Shown here: in pieces, positions 13,224 through 24,870 of the stretch | Numbering within the stretch: the first letter of the stretch is position 1 | Layout of the letters: every line of letters begins with the position of its first letter | Source of the DNA: Felis catus | Taxonomy: Eukaryota | Reading direction: 5' to 3' | Assembly: GCF_018350175.1 (NCBI RefSeq) | Contig: NC_058368.1 | Coordinates: 199,208,001-199,272,000, forward strand | Length of the DNA stretch: 64,000 nt | Made by a program: the position numbers and the translations under genes | The notes under the pieces: model-generated | What the model saw: only the letters and a program-made list of their open reading frames with translations | Database searches by the model: none | What the model was told of the DNA's origin: nothing

Positions 13224-14112
13224 GGTATACTTCAATTAATAGTGAAGGGAGAATGTCAGGCAGAAAGGCGAGTTCAGGTACCTTCCAGAGTATGAGACCC
13301 AGAGCCCCTCTCCCAACTCCATGCAGGCCTTCATCCCTGCCATGGCTAAACTAATCCAGAAGAAGCTACAGGGAGAAGTGGAGATATCAGCAGCTACAGA
13401 AGGACCTGAGTTAAATCCATGTCTGGGCAGCAGAAGCCTGAGGTGCAACTAATAAAAATAATATCATTAAGGAGGAATTGGCCCTGCTGGTTTGGTCCAA
13501 CATGGTCTTTAAATTTCTGGGTCCTGTGCTGGTCAAAGAGGAGACGGGAGAAGCTTGGGCCACACAGTGGGAAAGAGGCTGGACTATATCAGAGCTGAAA
13601 TTAAGCAATACAAATCCCAGCTCTGGGATCCTGAACAGCAGACCGCGCTACAGAGAAGACCCTGGCTCAGGTGCAGCAGGAGTTATAGTGGGCCCAAGTG
13701 GCCACGGCAAGGGCTTCTAGGAAGGACTAACCAGGTGTGGGGAGCAGGGGAGGAGAGGAAATGAGGCAGCTCTAGGGTCTATACTGTAGCTAACAAAATG
13801 TGAAAACACCTGTTTTCTGACCAGTCACTTCTGTCATAATTGTCTCCATCCATTCCCTGGGCCCTGTCTACTTTATATATACACCACCTACATTACTCCA
13901 TCAGGTCAAAATTCTTGGAACTGGAACCTCTCTGTGGCAGAGTAATCCTTCTTTCTTTATTGAGACTGAAATTAAATGTCTCAAACCTACTTCTTGTCTG
14001 TATGTGCAACCCTTAATTCTCCCTTATCTTGGCTGGCAACACCTCTATAGGAAACATGAGAAAGGCATTTACAACACAATTGTTGGGAAGGTTAGATGGG
14101 GGGAAAATAAAA
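13224..14112 (+). pseudogene. PFDN6: Processed pseudogene of prefoldin subunit 6 (CDS remnant 13342-13730), inserted into an L1
   Basis: Piecewise translation MAKLIQKKLQGEVE / YQQLQKDLS / KSMSGQQKPEVQLIKNNIIKEELALLVWSNMVFKFLGPVLVKEETGEAWAT / VGKRLDYIRAEIKQYKSQLWDPEQQ... matches PFDN6. Intronless, about four frameshifts, an internal TAG and CpG decay. AATAAA at 14106; degenerate TSD ccaagact/ccaaaact. Confidence 0.93.
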
Positions 14113-14303
14113 GTACCAAAACTATTCAATGAAGAAAGCATATCCAAAGCCAAGGAAACTGCATATCCAAATGCCTATGAATGAAATTGGAATCTTACCT
14201 TATAGCAAATACAAAAGTTAACTCAAAATGGACCAAAGACCTAAATGTAAGAGCTAAAACTATAATACTCCTAAGAAAACACTGGGGAGTGGGGAGGGGG
14301 GTT

Positions 14304-14535
14304 GGAGCACCTGGGTGGTACAGTCCGTTGAGCAACTGACTTGGGCTCAGGTCATGATCTCGTGGTTTGTGAGTTTAGAGACCCGCGCCAGGCTCTGTGC
14401 TGACACATCAGAGCTGGAGCCTGCTTCGGATTTTGTGACTCCCTCTCTCTGTCTCCCCCTCCTCTCCCCCCACCGCAAGCGGATTGTCTCTCAAAAATAA
14501 ACAAACGTTAAAAAAATTTAAAAAACAAAAAGAAA
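14304..14535 (+). mobile_element. CAN-SINE within L1
   Basis: Full element; flanks aacactgggg. Confidence 0.92.
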
Positions 14536-15567
14536 GAAAACACAACACTGGGGGGAAATTCCATGACACTGAATTTAAGGAGAACTTCCTGGATATGACA
14601 ACGAAAGCATGTGCAACAAAAGCAAAATAAACTGGATTTCATCAAAATAAAAACATTTGTGCACAGGACATATATCTGATAAGGGATTAATATTCAGAAT
14701 ATATTTATTTAAAAACGACAACAAAAAACAATCCAAATAAAAAATGTGAACAATACTTGAATATTCAAGATATTCAAATGGACAACGAGCATATGAAAAG
14801 ATGCTCCGTATCGCTAGTCATTAAGAAAATGCAAATGACACCCTCAATGAGAGACCACTTCACACCCATCAGGATGGCTATTATATAAAACACAGAAAGT
14901 AAGTGTTGATGAGGATGTGAAGAAATTGAAACACTTATGCACTGCTGGTGGGAATGTGAAAATGGTACAGGCACTGTGGAAAACAGTATGGCAGTTCTTC
15001 AAAAGTTCAACATAGAATTATCATATAATCCAACCATTCCACTTCCAGGCATATACCCAAAACAACTGAAAGCAGGGACTGGAACAAATATTTGTGCATC
15101 CATGTTCACAGCAGCATTATTCACAACAGCCAAAAGGTAGAAAGAACCCAAATTGTCCACCAACAGATGAATGAATAAGCAAAATGTAGCATATATATAC
15201 ACAATGCAACGTAGATAATCTTAAAAAGTAAAATCCTGACACATTATAAGAATTATGTAAAAATTAAGCCAGTAACAAAGGGACAAATATTGCATGAATC
15301 TACTCATAAGAAGAACGAATAATAGGCAAATTCATAGAAACAGAAGGCCTAATAAAGGTTACCAGAGATTTGGGGAAGTGGGTAATGGGGAGTTAATGTT
15401 TAATGGATTCAGAGTTTCTGTTTGAGACCATGAAAAAGTTCTAGAAATGGACACTGGTGATGGCTGCACAACATTGTAAATAAGCTTAAGGCCACTGAAG
15501 TGTACACTTAAAAATGGCTAAGTTGGTGAATTTTGTGTTATGTGTATTTACCACAATTTTAAAAAAA

Positions 15568-16550
15568 TGGAATGGCATCTTTAAAGTGTTAAAAACCTTC
15601 AACCTAGAATTCTATAACCAGTGAAAAGGTTGTTATGAGCAGAATGTCTGTAACATTCAGTGTCCCTCTGCCCCACAAACCCATGTATTGAAGGCTTACC
15701 CCCAAATAGGATGGCATTTGGAAACATGATGGGCCTTTGAGAAGTAATTAGAGTTAGATGAATCAAGATGTGGGGTTCTTATAAAGGGATTAGTGCCTAT
15801 ATAAGAGACACCTGAGCACTCGTTTACTCATGCCTGCCTGCACACTCACATTTGCTCTCGTTCTGTTTGCCATGTGAAGACAAGGTGAGAAGGCAGCCAT
15901 CTACAAGCCTGGGAGATCATCCTAACAGGAAACCAACATGCTGGCATTTGAATCTTATATTTCTAGCCTCGCAAACTATGAGAAAATAAATTTGTTATAG
16001 ACACCACTCAGTCTATGGTGTTATGGCAGCCTGAGCTAAAGCAAAGTCTTTCAAAAGCAGAGGCAAAATGAAGGCATTTCCATATACACAAACACTAAGA
16101 CATTTTGTCCCAATAGATGTGCACTATAAGATATGTTAAAATGAAGTTCTTCAGGATGAAAGAGATACCAGATGGAAATCTGTTATCTATATGGAGGAAT
16201 GAAGAACACCAAAAATGGTAAATCAGTGGGTAAATATAAAAGATTTTTCTCCTTGTTTCTTAATTTCTTTAAAGATGACTGATTGTTTAAAGCAATATTA
16301 ATAATTTACTATGAGGCTTATATTGGGAAGTAAAATGTATGTCAACATTAACACAAAGGACTAGTGTAACAGATGGAAGCACTGTTTCAAGGTTATATGT
16401 AAAGTGATATGTTACTAGTTCATAGCAGAATATAAAACCTTAAGAATGCATACTATAATACCTAAAGGACTCACTAAAAAAAGAGGTAGAGATAAAACAT
16501 CAATAGAAGAGATGAAATGGGTTTTTAAAAATGTATTCAATCTAAAATCA
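15568..16550 (+). mobile_element. Old L1 ORF1/inter-ORF fragment, split by an MLT1A LTR
   Basis: caacctagaattctata...ccagtgaaaa resumes after the LTR as tctttcaaaag...aaatgaaggcattt. Confidence 0.72.
15631..16043 (+). mobile_element. MaLR LTR (MLT1A-like)
   Basis: TG...CA; gccatgtgaagacaaggtgagaaggcagccatctacaagcc and cagtctatggt...ttatggcagcctgagct. Confidence 0.85.
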
Positions 16551-17076
16551 TGATGACAAAGGTAGTAAAGGAGAGGAGAAGAAAAAAGGAAGAGAAAGGA
16601 GAAGGCAAAAGGAAGGGAGGGAAATCAAATGGGAATTAAAAGGTAGAAATTACACATTAACAGAGATAATATTAAATTAACAAAATGAAAGATAAAAATT
16701 ATAAGATCAACTCAATACATGCAAAAAAAGCATCTGACAAAATTTAACATCTATTTATGATAAAAACTCAACAAAGTGGGTTTAGAGGGAATGTGCCTCA
16801 ACATAATAAAAGCCATGTGACAAGCCCACAGTCAACATACTCAATGGTGGAAAGCTGAAAGCTTTTCCTTTAAGATCAGACACAAGACAAAGATGCCCAC
16901 TCTTGCCACTTCTGTTCAACATTAATATGGGAAGTCCTAGCCAGAGCAATTAGGCAAGAAAAAGCTATAAAAGGCATCCAAATTGAAAAGGAAGAAATAA
17001 CATGGTCACTCTTTAGATGACGTGGTGTTATATGTACAGAAAACCCAAAAGATCCCATCAAAAAATATTAGAACTA

Positions 17077-17316
17077 GGGGTGCCTGGGTGGCTCAGTTGG
17101 TTTAGTGTTGGACTTCGGCTCAAGCCATGATCTTATGCTTTGTGAATTCGAACCCCACATGGGGCTCTGTGCTGACAGCTTGCTCAGAGCCTGGAGACTG
17201 CTTCAGATTCTGTGTTTCCTTCTGTCTCTGCACCTCCCCCACTCAGGATCTCTCTCTCTCTGCCCCTCCCCCATTCGCGATATCTCTCTCTCTCTCTCAA
17301 AAATAAATGTTTAAAA
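17077..17316 (+). mobile_element. CAN-SINE within L1
   Basis: TSD atattagaacta. Confidence 0.93.
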
Positions 17317-17395
17317 CAATATATATTAGAACTAAAAATGATTTTAACAAAGGTGCAGGATACAAAACCAACACACAAAAACCTGCTGCATTTCT

Positions 17396-17629
17396 TTTCT
17401 TTTTTTATAAATTAAAAAAATGTTTTTACTTTTTTTTTTTTTTTTTTTTTTTGAGAGAGAGAGAGCACACGCAGGGAAAGGTCAAAGAAACAGAGACACA
17501 GAATCCAAAGTAGGCTTCAGGCTCCAAGCTGTCAGCACAGAGTTCAATTAGGGGCTCAAACCCACAACCCATGAGACCCTGACCTGAGCTGAAGTCAGAC
17601 GTTTAACTGATTGAGCGACCAGACACCCC
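17396..17629 (-). mobile_element. CAN-SINE within L1
   Basis: TSD aaacctgctgcatttct. Confidence 0.93.
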
Positions 17630-19474
17630 AAACCTGCTGCATTTCTACACACTAATAATAAACTATCAGAAAGAGAAATTAAGAATACAATCTCATTTAA
17701 AATAGCATTAAAAAGAAAATTATCTAGGAATATATTTAACCAAGGATGTAAACGTGTATAATGAAAACTATGGGACACTGATAAAAGAAAATGAAGACAG
17801 AAATAAATGGAAAGACATTCCATGCTCATGGACTGGAAGAATATTGTTAAAATGTCCACACCATTCAAAGTAATTTATGGATTCAATGCAATTCCTATCA
17901 ACATTCCAATAGCAGTTTTCTCAAATAGAACAAACAGTCCTAAAAAAGACTCCAAATAGCCAACCATTCTTGAAAAAGAACAAAGTTAAAGGAATCATGC
18001 ACCCTGGCTTTAAACTATATTACAAAGCTACAGTAATCAAAACAGCAACAGCACTGGCATAAAAATTCACATATAGACCAATGTCACAGAATAGAGTCCA
18101 GAAATAAACCCATGCATACATGGTCAATTAATTTTCAACAGAGTCAAAAATACACAATGGAGAAAGGACAATTTCTTGAATAAAAGGTGTTGGGAAAACT
18201 AGACAACCGCATGAAAAAGAATGAAACTGACTATGATCTTATGCCATACACAAAATTATCTCAAAATGGATTAAAGATATGAACATAAGACCTGAGACCA
18301 TAAAACTTCTAGAAGAAAATACAGACAGTAAGCTCCCTGATATCAGTCTTGGCAATGACTCTTCAGATTTAAAAGTAAAAGTAAATAACAGGACTATATC
18401 AAATTATAAACTTTCTACACAGCAAAGAAAACCATCAACAAAATGAAAAAGGCAGCCTACTGAATGAGCGAATACATTGGGAAATCATATATCTGATAAG
18501 AGGCTAATATCCAAAAAATTTAAAGAATGTATACAACTCAATAGCAAAAACAAAAAAACAAACAAAAATCTGGCTAAAAAATTGGAAGAAGAACTGAATA
18601 GACATTTTTCCAAAGAAGACATACAGATGACCAAAAGGTACATAAAAAGATGTTCAACATCATCAGTGATCAGGGATTTTAAATGCAAATCAAATGACAA
18701 TGATCTATCACCTCACACCTGTTAAAATGGCTACTATCAAAAAGACCAGAAATAACAAGTGTGGTAGGGGTGTGGAGAAAAGGGAACACCTGTGTTACTG
18801 TTTGTGGAAATGTAAACTACAGTGCAGTCACTGTAGAAAACAGCATGGAAGGTCCTCAAAAAGTTAAAAATAAAACTACTATTTATTTAAAAATAAAACT
18901 ATCAGCACATACATATCACTTCTGGGTATGTATCTGAAGAAAACAAAAACACTAATTTAAAAAGATATGTGCACCCCCATGTTCATTATAGCATTATTTA
19001 TAATAGCCAAGATATAAAAACAACCTAAGTGTCCACCAATGGATGAATGAGTAAAGAATTTGTGGTATGTATGTATGGTTTGTATATACACATATAGGTG
19101 TGTGTGTATATATATATATTAACATGTATATATATTTAATGGAATATTATTCAGCTATAGAAAAGAATGAGATCTTTCCATTAACAACAAAATGGATGGA
19201 CCTCACATGAATTGTGCTAAGTGAAATAAGTCAGAGAAAGACAAATACTGCATGATCTCTCTTATGTGTGGAATCTAAAAAAAAAGGCAAAACACACACA
19301 AAAAAACCAGAAAACACCAAGCCCATAGATATAGAGAACAGACTGGTGACTGTCGGAGATGGGGGGCTAGAGTGAAAGAAATGGGTGAAGTTGAAAGAAA
19401 GAAAGAAAGAAAATAAAGAAAGAGGGAGGGAGGACAGAAGGAAGGGGAAAAAAGTCAAATGGGAATTAAAAGGC

Positions 19475-20105
19475 AGAGACAAACTAGGTAAAATAAAAGC
19501 AAGAGCCAAATATATGTATGTGCAAGGGACAAACTTAAAACATGAGCTCACAAACAGGTTAAAAGTAAAAGAGTGAAACATGATGCACCATGCAAAACTA
19601 AGAAGAAAGGAGTAGCTGTTTAATGTCACCCACGTAGACCTCAGAATAAGGATTAGCACCAGGAAAAGGGGGACCTTACATACCGATAAAAACATCAATT
19701 TGTTAAGCACACATAACACTCTTCAGTGTTTATACATTCAACGTTTATGCATCTAACAGTAGAGCTTCAAAATAAGTGAAGCAAAAAAGTGAACTACTAA
19801 CATAAGAAACAGACAAATTAAAGTTTGAGATGTTAACACTACTCTCAGTAATGGACAAAAGATGTAAACAAAATTATTAGGCAGGATGAAGAAAATCTGA
19901 ACTCTATATACCAACATAAAACTTAACTGAAATTTATGGAACACCAAACCCCAAAACTAGAAAATGCACATTCTTTCCAAGTATACATGGGAACATTAAG
20001 ACAGATGACATTCTGAGCTATTAAAAAAAAAAAATCTTAAGAAATTTCAAAACTGAATTCAGAGTATGTTTCTGACTACATTAAATTAAATAAAAAATCA
20101 ATATT
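19475..20105 (+). mobile_element. Old L1 ORF2 endonuclease-region fragment
   Basis: tatgcatctaacagtagagcttcaaaata; cacattctttccaagtatacatgggaacatt; continues the element at 15568-16550. Confidence 0.78.
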
Positions 20106-20928
20106 CACATAGTTCACCAAATAAATGACAAAGTAAGTACTGTAGACATTTTTTAAAGGATTAGCTTGCATTGTTCTGGAAAGGCATTATAACAAGAATA
20201 AGAAAGAATACAGACTGACATGTAAGATACGGAGAATGCTTCATAACTTCCTCAGATACAGTCTTTATATAACCAACTGTTATAATGCATTATAAAATAA
20301 CAGTAGTAATAGTACTAATTGCTATGCATTTTACGTATATTTATGATAGAAATCTCATCAACCTGAATATCATGAATTGATAGTACAATGATAGCTAACT
20401 TCATAATGTTGATCCTCAGGATGTACTAAGCTTTGAAGTACTTTCAATGCATTTAAATATTTTAAATGCATTAAAATATTAAAGGTGTTTTTACTGTTTT
20501 CTACTTCTTGTATGTATTCCACTTCTTAGAATTTGTTATACCCATGTGTCAGACTCTGAAAGGCATTCACAGAACTGGACCATGTATGCTTACAAAAAAA
20601 AAAAAAAAAAAAAGGCTATGAAGAGCCACACCTCTAAAATTATATAGAGTTAATTAGTAACCTCTAGAAGTATCCTGTATTATCTTTAGGTATCAAAAAA
20701 TATTTGAAATATTAATATTAACCCCTTTGATCTAGTAATTCAACTCATAGAATCAATCCTAAAATAAAGATGCTATCAAAGATTAGACTTAGGTATAAAG
20801 TTGTTCATTCTAGCATTGTATGTAATTGTGAAAAATTTTAAATAATGCAAAGTATAACAATAGGTATGATTATGGTATAGCCATACAATGGGAGACTATA
20901 CATCCATTTACAATTATGCTTTTGAATA

Positions 20929-21254
20929 ATATTGATTGACAGAGACAGAAGGAGCATAAGTAGAGAAGAGGGGCACTGGGAGAGGGAGAAGGAGAAGGAG
21001 AGGGAGAGGGAGAGGGAGAGGGAGAGGGAGAGGGAGAGGGAGAGGGAGAGGGAGAGGGAGAGGGAGAGGAAGAGGGAGAGGGAGAGGGAGAGGGAGAGGG
21101 AGAGGGAGAGGGAGAGGGAGAGAGAGAATGAATCTTAAGCAGGCTCTATGCTAAGTGCAGAATCCAATGGGGGGCTTGATCCCATGATACCGGGATCATG
21201 ACCTGAGTTGAAATCAAGTGTTGGATACTCAAGTGACTGAGCCACCCAGGCACC
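20929..21254 (-). mobile_element. CAN-SINE with an expanded internal hexamer
   Basis: Exact TSD tgcttttgaata at 20917-20928 and 21259-21270. Confidence 0.92.
20978..21126. repeat. (GGGAGA)n hexamer microsatellite, ~24 units
   Basis: Read directly from the sequence. Confidence 0.97.
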
Positions 21255-21588
21255 GTAGTGCTTTTGAATACTTTTAAAGATATTCAAAATATAATGCAAA
21301 TACAGTATGCATTAATGAAAAAAAATAGTACATCAAATTATGAAGCATGATGTGTTCTATATAAATATGGTTGGTGTGTTTAAATATTCATAGAAAAATG
21401 AAGTAATTCTTTGTACTTTTATACTTCCAAGTTAATGTTTCTATAATGTGCATATTTTACAGTTAAAATCAGTAAAGTTTTAGAATTACATATAGTTTAA
21501 TAACTGAATAGAACGTATAATGAATTAAGGCCTTCAGAAACTTCTTTGGAGTAATACAGTTTAAAGTTCCCATTAAAAACTGGTTATA

Positions 21589-21853
21589 GGGGTGCCTGGG
21601 TGGCTCCACGGTTGCGCATCAGATTCTTGATTTCAGCTCAGGTCATGATCTTAGCATCACGTCATCAAGCCCATTTCGCTCAGGTTATGATCTCCCAGTT
21701 TGTGAGTTCAAGATCCACAAGGAGGCCCACATCAGGCTCCTTGCCGGTGCTAACCTTGTGAAGCCTGCTTGGGATTCTCTCTCTCTCTTCCTCTCTCTCT
21801 CTGCCCCTCCTGTATGCACTCTCTCCCTCAAAATAAATAAACTTAAAAAAAAA
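21589..21853 (+). mobile_element. CAN-SINE with an internal duplication
   Basis: gctcaggt(c/t)atgatct occurs twice; TSD ggttata. Confidence 0.9.
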
Positions 21854-22940
21854 TAGGTTATAAGTGACTAAAGAAATTTCTCATTGAAACGATAATTGTA
21901 TAGACTGTCAAACGATTGTCAGAAACTAATGAGATAGTAATATCAAAGATGATTTAGTAAAATGCAAAAGGCTGTTAGAAATAGATAAGTTACATAACAA
22001 AAATCATTAACTATACACACACATACATACACAAACGAACACCTCTAATATATTAACATAAGACCATTGTAACTGAGGTCAATATTTTGCTCCAAAATCC
22101 CCTAGTGTCTGAATAGAAATGTGACTCATAATAGTAGTCTTCTCAATTACCTCAGATTCAGTTAAGGATAACAAACATCATTCCAGTTTGCTTCTCTCTT
22201 CAGACAATTCCACATAGGAAAAAAGGGGGGGGGGGAGGAAAAGAGCTTTTATTGAATGATGAAGTAAGTAAAATATTATATCTCCTCTCATTTAATGTAT
22301 TCTCAAACTAACTTGCAAAACAAATCTGAAAAGTCATTTTCATTTTATAAGGACAAGGAAGTTAAATAACTTGCTCAAAGTCTTACAGCCTAAAGAAGGG
22401 ATTTAAAAAACCTAATGCTGTAGCTATAAAATCAGTCCATACTCTTTCTAGTACCCCAAAGTCTCTCACTAGGGTGAAAATTTCAAGTAATATAATGTAC
22501 AAATCATGGCGTTTCTTTTTCCAATTAGTAAATGTCTTCAAAAGTCCTATATATTCTCAAGGGGGGAAATAAGGCAATGAGGGAAGAAAAGCTATTAGAG
22601 GGTAGGGGCCATCTCTGTCTCTCCTCTCTAGGTCTGACATAGCTTTCCCAGGATTTTGAGAGAAGGGAGAAGAAGTAAAGAAAGAATAAAAAGGACAAAA
22701 GTAACAGAAATGTGGAAAAATGAAGAGAAAGGGAGGAAGAACAAGAGTAAAAGAGACAAAGGGGTAGGAAAAGGAAAGGAATGATGAAGTCCTTTATAGT
22801 TTTATAAAGGCTGCTGAAAGGGGAAACTGATAGGGGTGAAGGGGAAACCAAGCAGCCAGAAAAAGATGACTGTCAGATTCATAGTCAGCAAAAGATGAAC
22901 ACAGAGTTACACAGACAGAGGGAAATAGTTACACAAACAC

Positions 22941-22943
<3 letters not shown>

Positions 22944-22977
<34 letters not shown>
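22944..22977. repeat. (GA)n microsatellite in a purine-rich tract
   Basis: Read directly from the sequence. Confidence 0.95.
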
Positions 22978-22978
<1 letters not shown>

Positions 22979-23409
22979 AATCTCAAAAAAGCAGACAGAA
23001 AGAGGGAGAAAGGAATGGCAGAAAGAAGTCAAAATTAAAATGAAGACAGACAACCATCTCCACCTGCCCATGCCACCAGCTGAAGCAAGGAACAGAAACT
23101 TAAATGTATTTGGGGCTTTGTCAGCACCTACTTGGTGGACAGCAGCCTCAGTTCATTTATTTTCCTTCACAGTGATGACGGTTCTCTACTTTACCCTCCC
23201 CTTTTGGGGGTGGAGTGGGGCGAGTGTGGGAAGACCAGGGAGAGTGGTGAATTAGAGGAATGAGATGAATTTATTATTTCAGGTCCCAATATGATCTTTA
23301 ACAAAAAGCATTTCAAATTCAGAAGATACAGAATACAAGAATCAAGCATCAATGAATTGTTATACCATATGTAAAATCTAAAATGTAAAGACAAAAACCA
23401 GGATCTTTT

Positions 23410-23609
23410 GTTTTTTAAATGCTTATCTATCTAATGAGAGAGAGAGAGAGATGGGGGCGGGGGGGCAGAGACAGAGAGGGAGAAAGAGAATCCCAAGCAG
23501 GCTTCATGCTGTCAGTGTACCAAGGCTTGACCCCATGGACCCAAGAGATCATGACCTGAGCCAAGATCAAGTGTCGGATGCCCAACTGACTGAGCCACCC
23601 AGGCACCCC
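23410..23609 (-). mobile_element. CAN-SINE
   Basis: TSD caggatctttt. Confidence 0.92.
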
Positions 23610-23789
23610 AATCAGGATCTTTTTTTAAATGGCTGTTCAAAATCTAATCACTTGTAGAAAACTTTAGGAAAGTTTTATTCACTTAGGAGTGAATAAAAAA
23701 GGCAACAAACTAACCACTTCCTTTGAGCTTCTTTCAAGTGACCTTTAACCATAAAAGCCAAGTAATTCCCAAGCTCTTTTGATCAGTAA

Positions 23790-24332
23790 ATCAGATAAAA
23801 TCATGTTCCTACTTAAAACCCTATAATGACTTCCCATTATAATTAAGATAAAAATAAAATTCAAACTTCTTACCATGAACATAAAAATTGTACCTGATGC
23901 AGTCCCTGCCTACCTCTTTTACCTCATTGAGTTTAATTCTCCCCCTTTTCATTATGTCACAGCTCTCCTTCTCTTGACTACTACCAGCTGGTTTACACTT
24001 CAGGACATTAGCTTCTTCCTCTACCTGGTAGGTTCTTGGATTCTCACATAGCTGGCTCCTTTTCATCATTCAGATTTTAGTTCATGTATCATACCTTCTC
24101 AAAGTGGCTTGCTTTGATTGCCCTACAAATAACCCCTTTTTTGCCCATCCACTCCCCAGTTACTCTCTATCCCATCACCTTTCATTTTTTTCTGTAACAT
24201 TCATTAATCTATGAAAGTACCTTAATTATTTAGAAAGCTGGCATATGCTTATACATAAGAATATAAGCTCTAAGGGCAACAATGTTGTTCCATATTTATG
24301 GCTAAATGCTCAAACTACATAGGTGCTCAACA
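23790..24332 (+). mobile_element. L2 3' region
   Basis: cctacttaaaaccctataatgacttcccatt; agaatataagctctaagggca; cataggtgctcaa. Confidence 0.8.
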
Positions 24333-24658
24333 GTGGTGCTATATATATATATATGCATATATATATATATATACACTTAAAAATGGATTAAACAAATAAA
24401 AAAGTACAGTAAGATTTTGTATTATAACTAAGAGACAAGTAAAAATAAATCCCTAGCAGCATCTTCACAAATAACTACAGATTGTCATAGTTGAAAACTC
24501 GTAGCCCTAGAATAGTTTTATCTCTAAACACTCTAGGCATAGGCCATGTCAGCCATATTTGAATGTTTAATACATCATAATGCTTACTAAACTAGGAACT
24601 TATTTTAATTTCTCGGATGTCAAATTTCAAACTACTCAATTAGGCTTAAAAATCTTTT

Positions 24659-24870
24659 ATTTTTTTTAATGTTTATTTATTTTTGAGGACAGAGAGAGAC
24701 AGAGGATGAACAGCAGAGGTACAGACAGAGAGGGAGACACAGAATCCGAAGCAGGCTCCAGGCTCTGAGCTATCAGCACAGAGCCCAACACGGGGCTCAA
24801 ACTCATGAGCTGTGAGATAGTGACTTGAGCTGAAGTTGAATGCTTAACTGACTGAGCCACCCAGGCACCC
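24659..24870 (-). mobile_element. CAN-SINE
   Basis: Exact TSD cttaaaaatctttt. Confidence 0.95.

Larger units (their letters stand above)
12310..15566 (+). mobile_element. L1 (ORF2 3' half plus L1MB-like 3' UTR), interrupted by (CA)n, two SINEs and the PFDN6 retrocopy
   Basis: Canonical ORF2 motifs (aaatggaaagacat...tgttcatgga; gctggtgggaatgtgaaaatggtaca) and 3' UTR gtacacttaaaaatgg...tttaccacaat. Confidence 0.92.
16650..19450 (+). mobile_element. L1 (carnivore type; RT domain to start of 3' UTR), containing two SINEs
   Basis: ORF2 RT motifs (ggaagtcctagccagagcaattaggcaaga), Cys-rich end and gctaagtgaaataagtcagagaaagacaaatac; bracketed by a 19-bp direct repeat. Confidence 0.93.
20715..21450 (+). 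mobile_element. Ancient L1 (L1ME-like) 3' fragment, split by a SINE
   Basis: ccctttgatctagtaattcaactc...ttatggtatagccatacaatgg. Confidence 0.6.

Noticed and set aside
13478..13764. 80-aa and 69-aa ORFs as functional retrogene products
   Set aside because: They are frameshifted pieces of the PFDN6 pseudogene with non-ATG starts and heavy CpG decay.
19231..19719. 162-aa hydrophobic ORF (also 47427-47885 and 58913-59305)
   Set aside because: Antisense reading of A-rich L1/L2 and purine microsatellites gives F/L/S-rich pseudo-membrane sequence.
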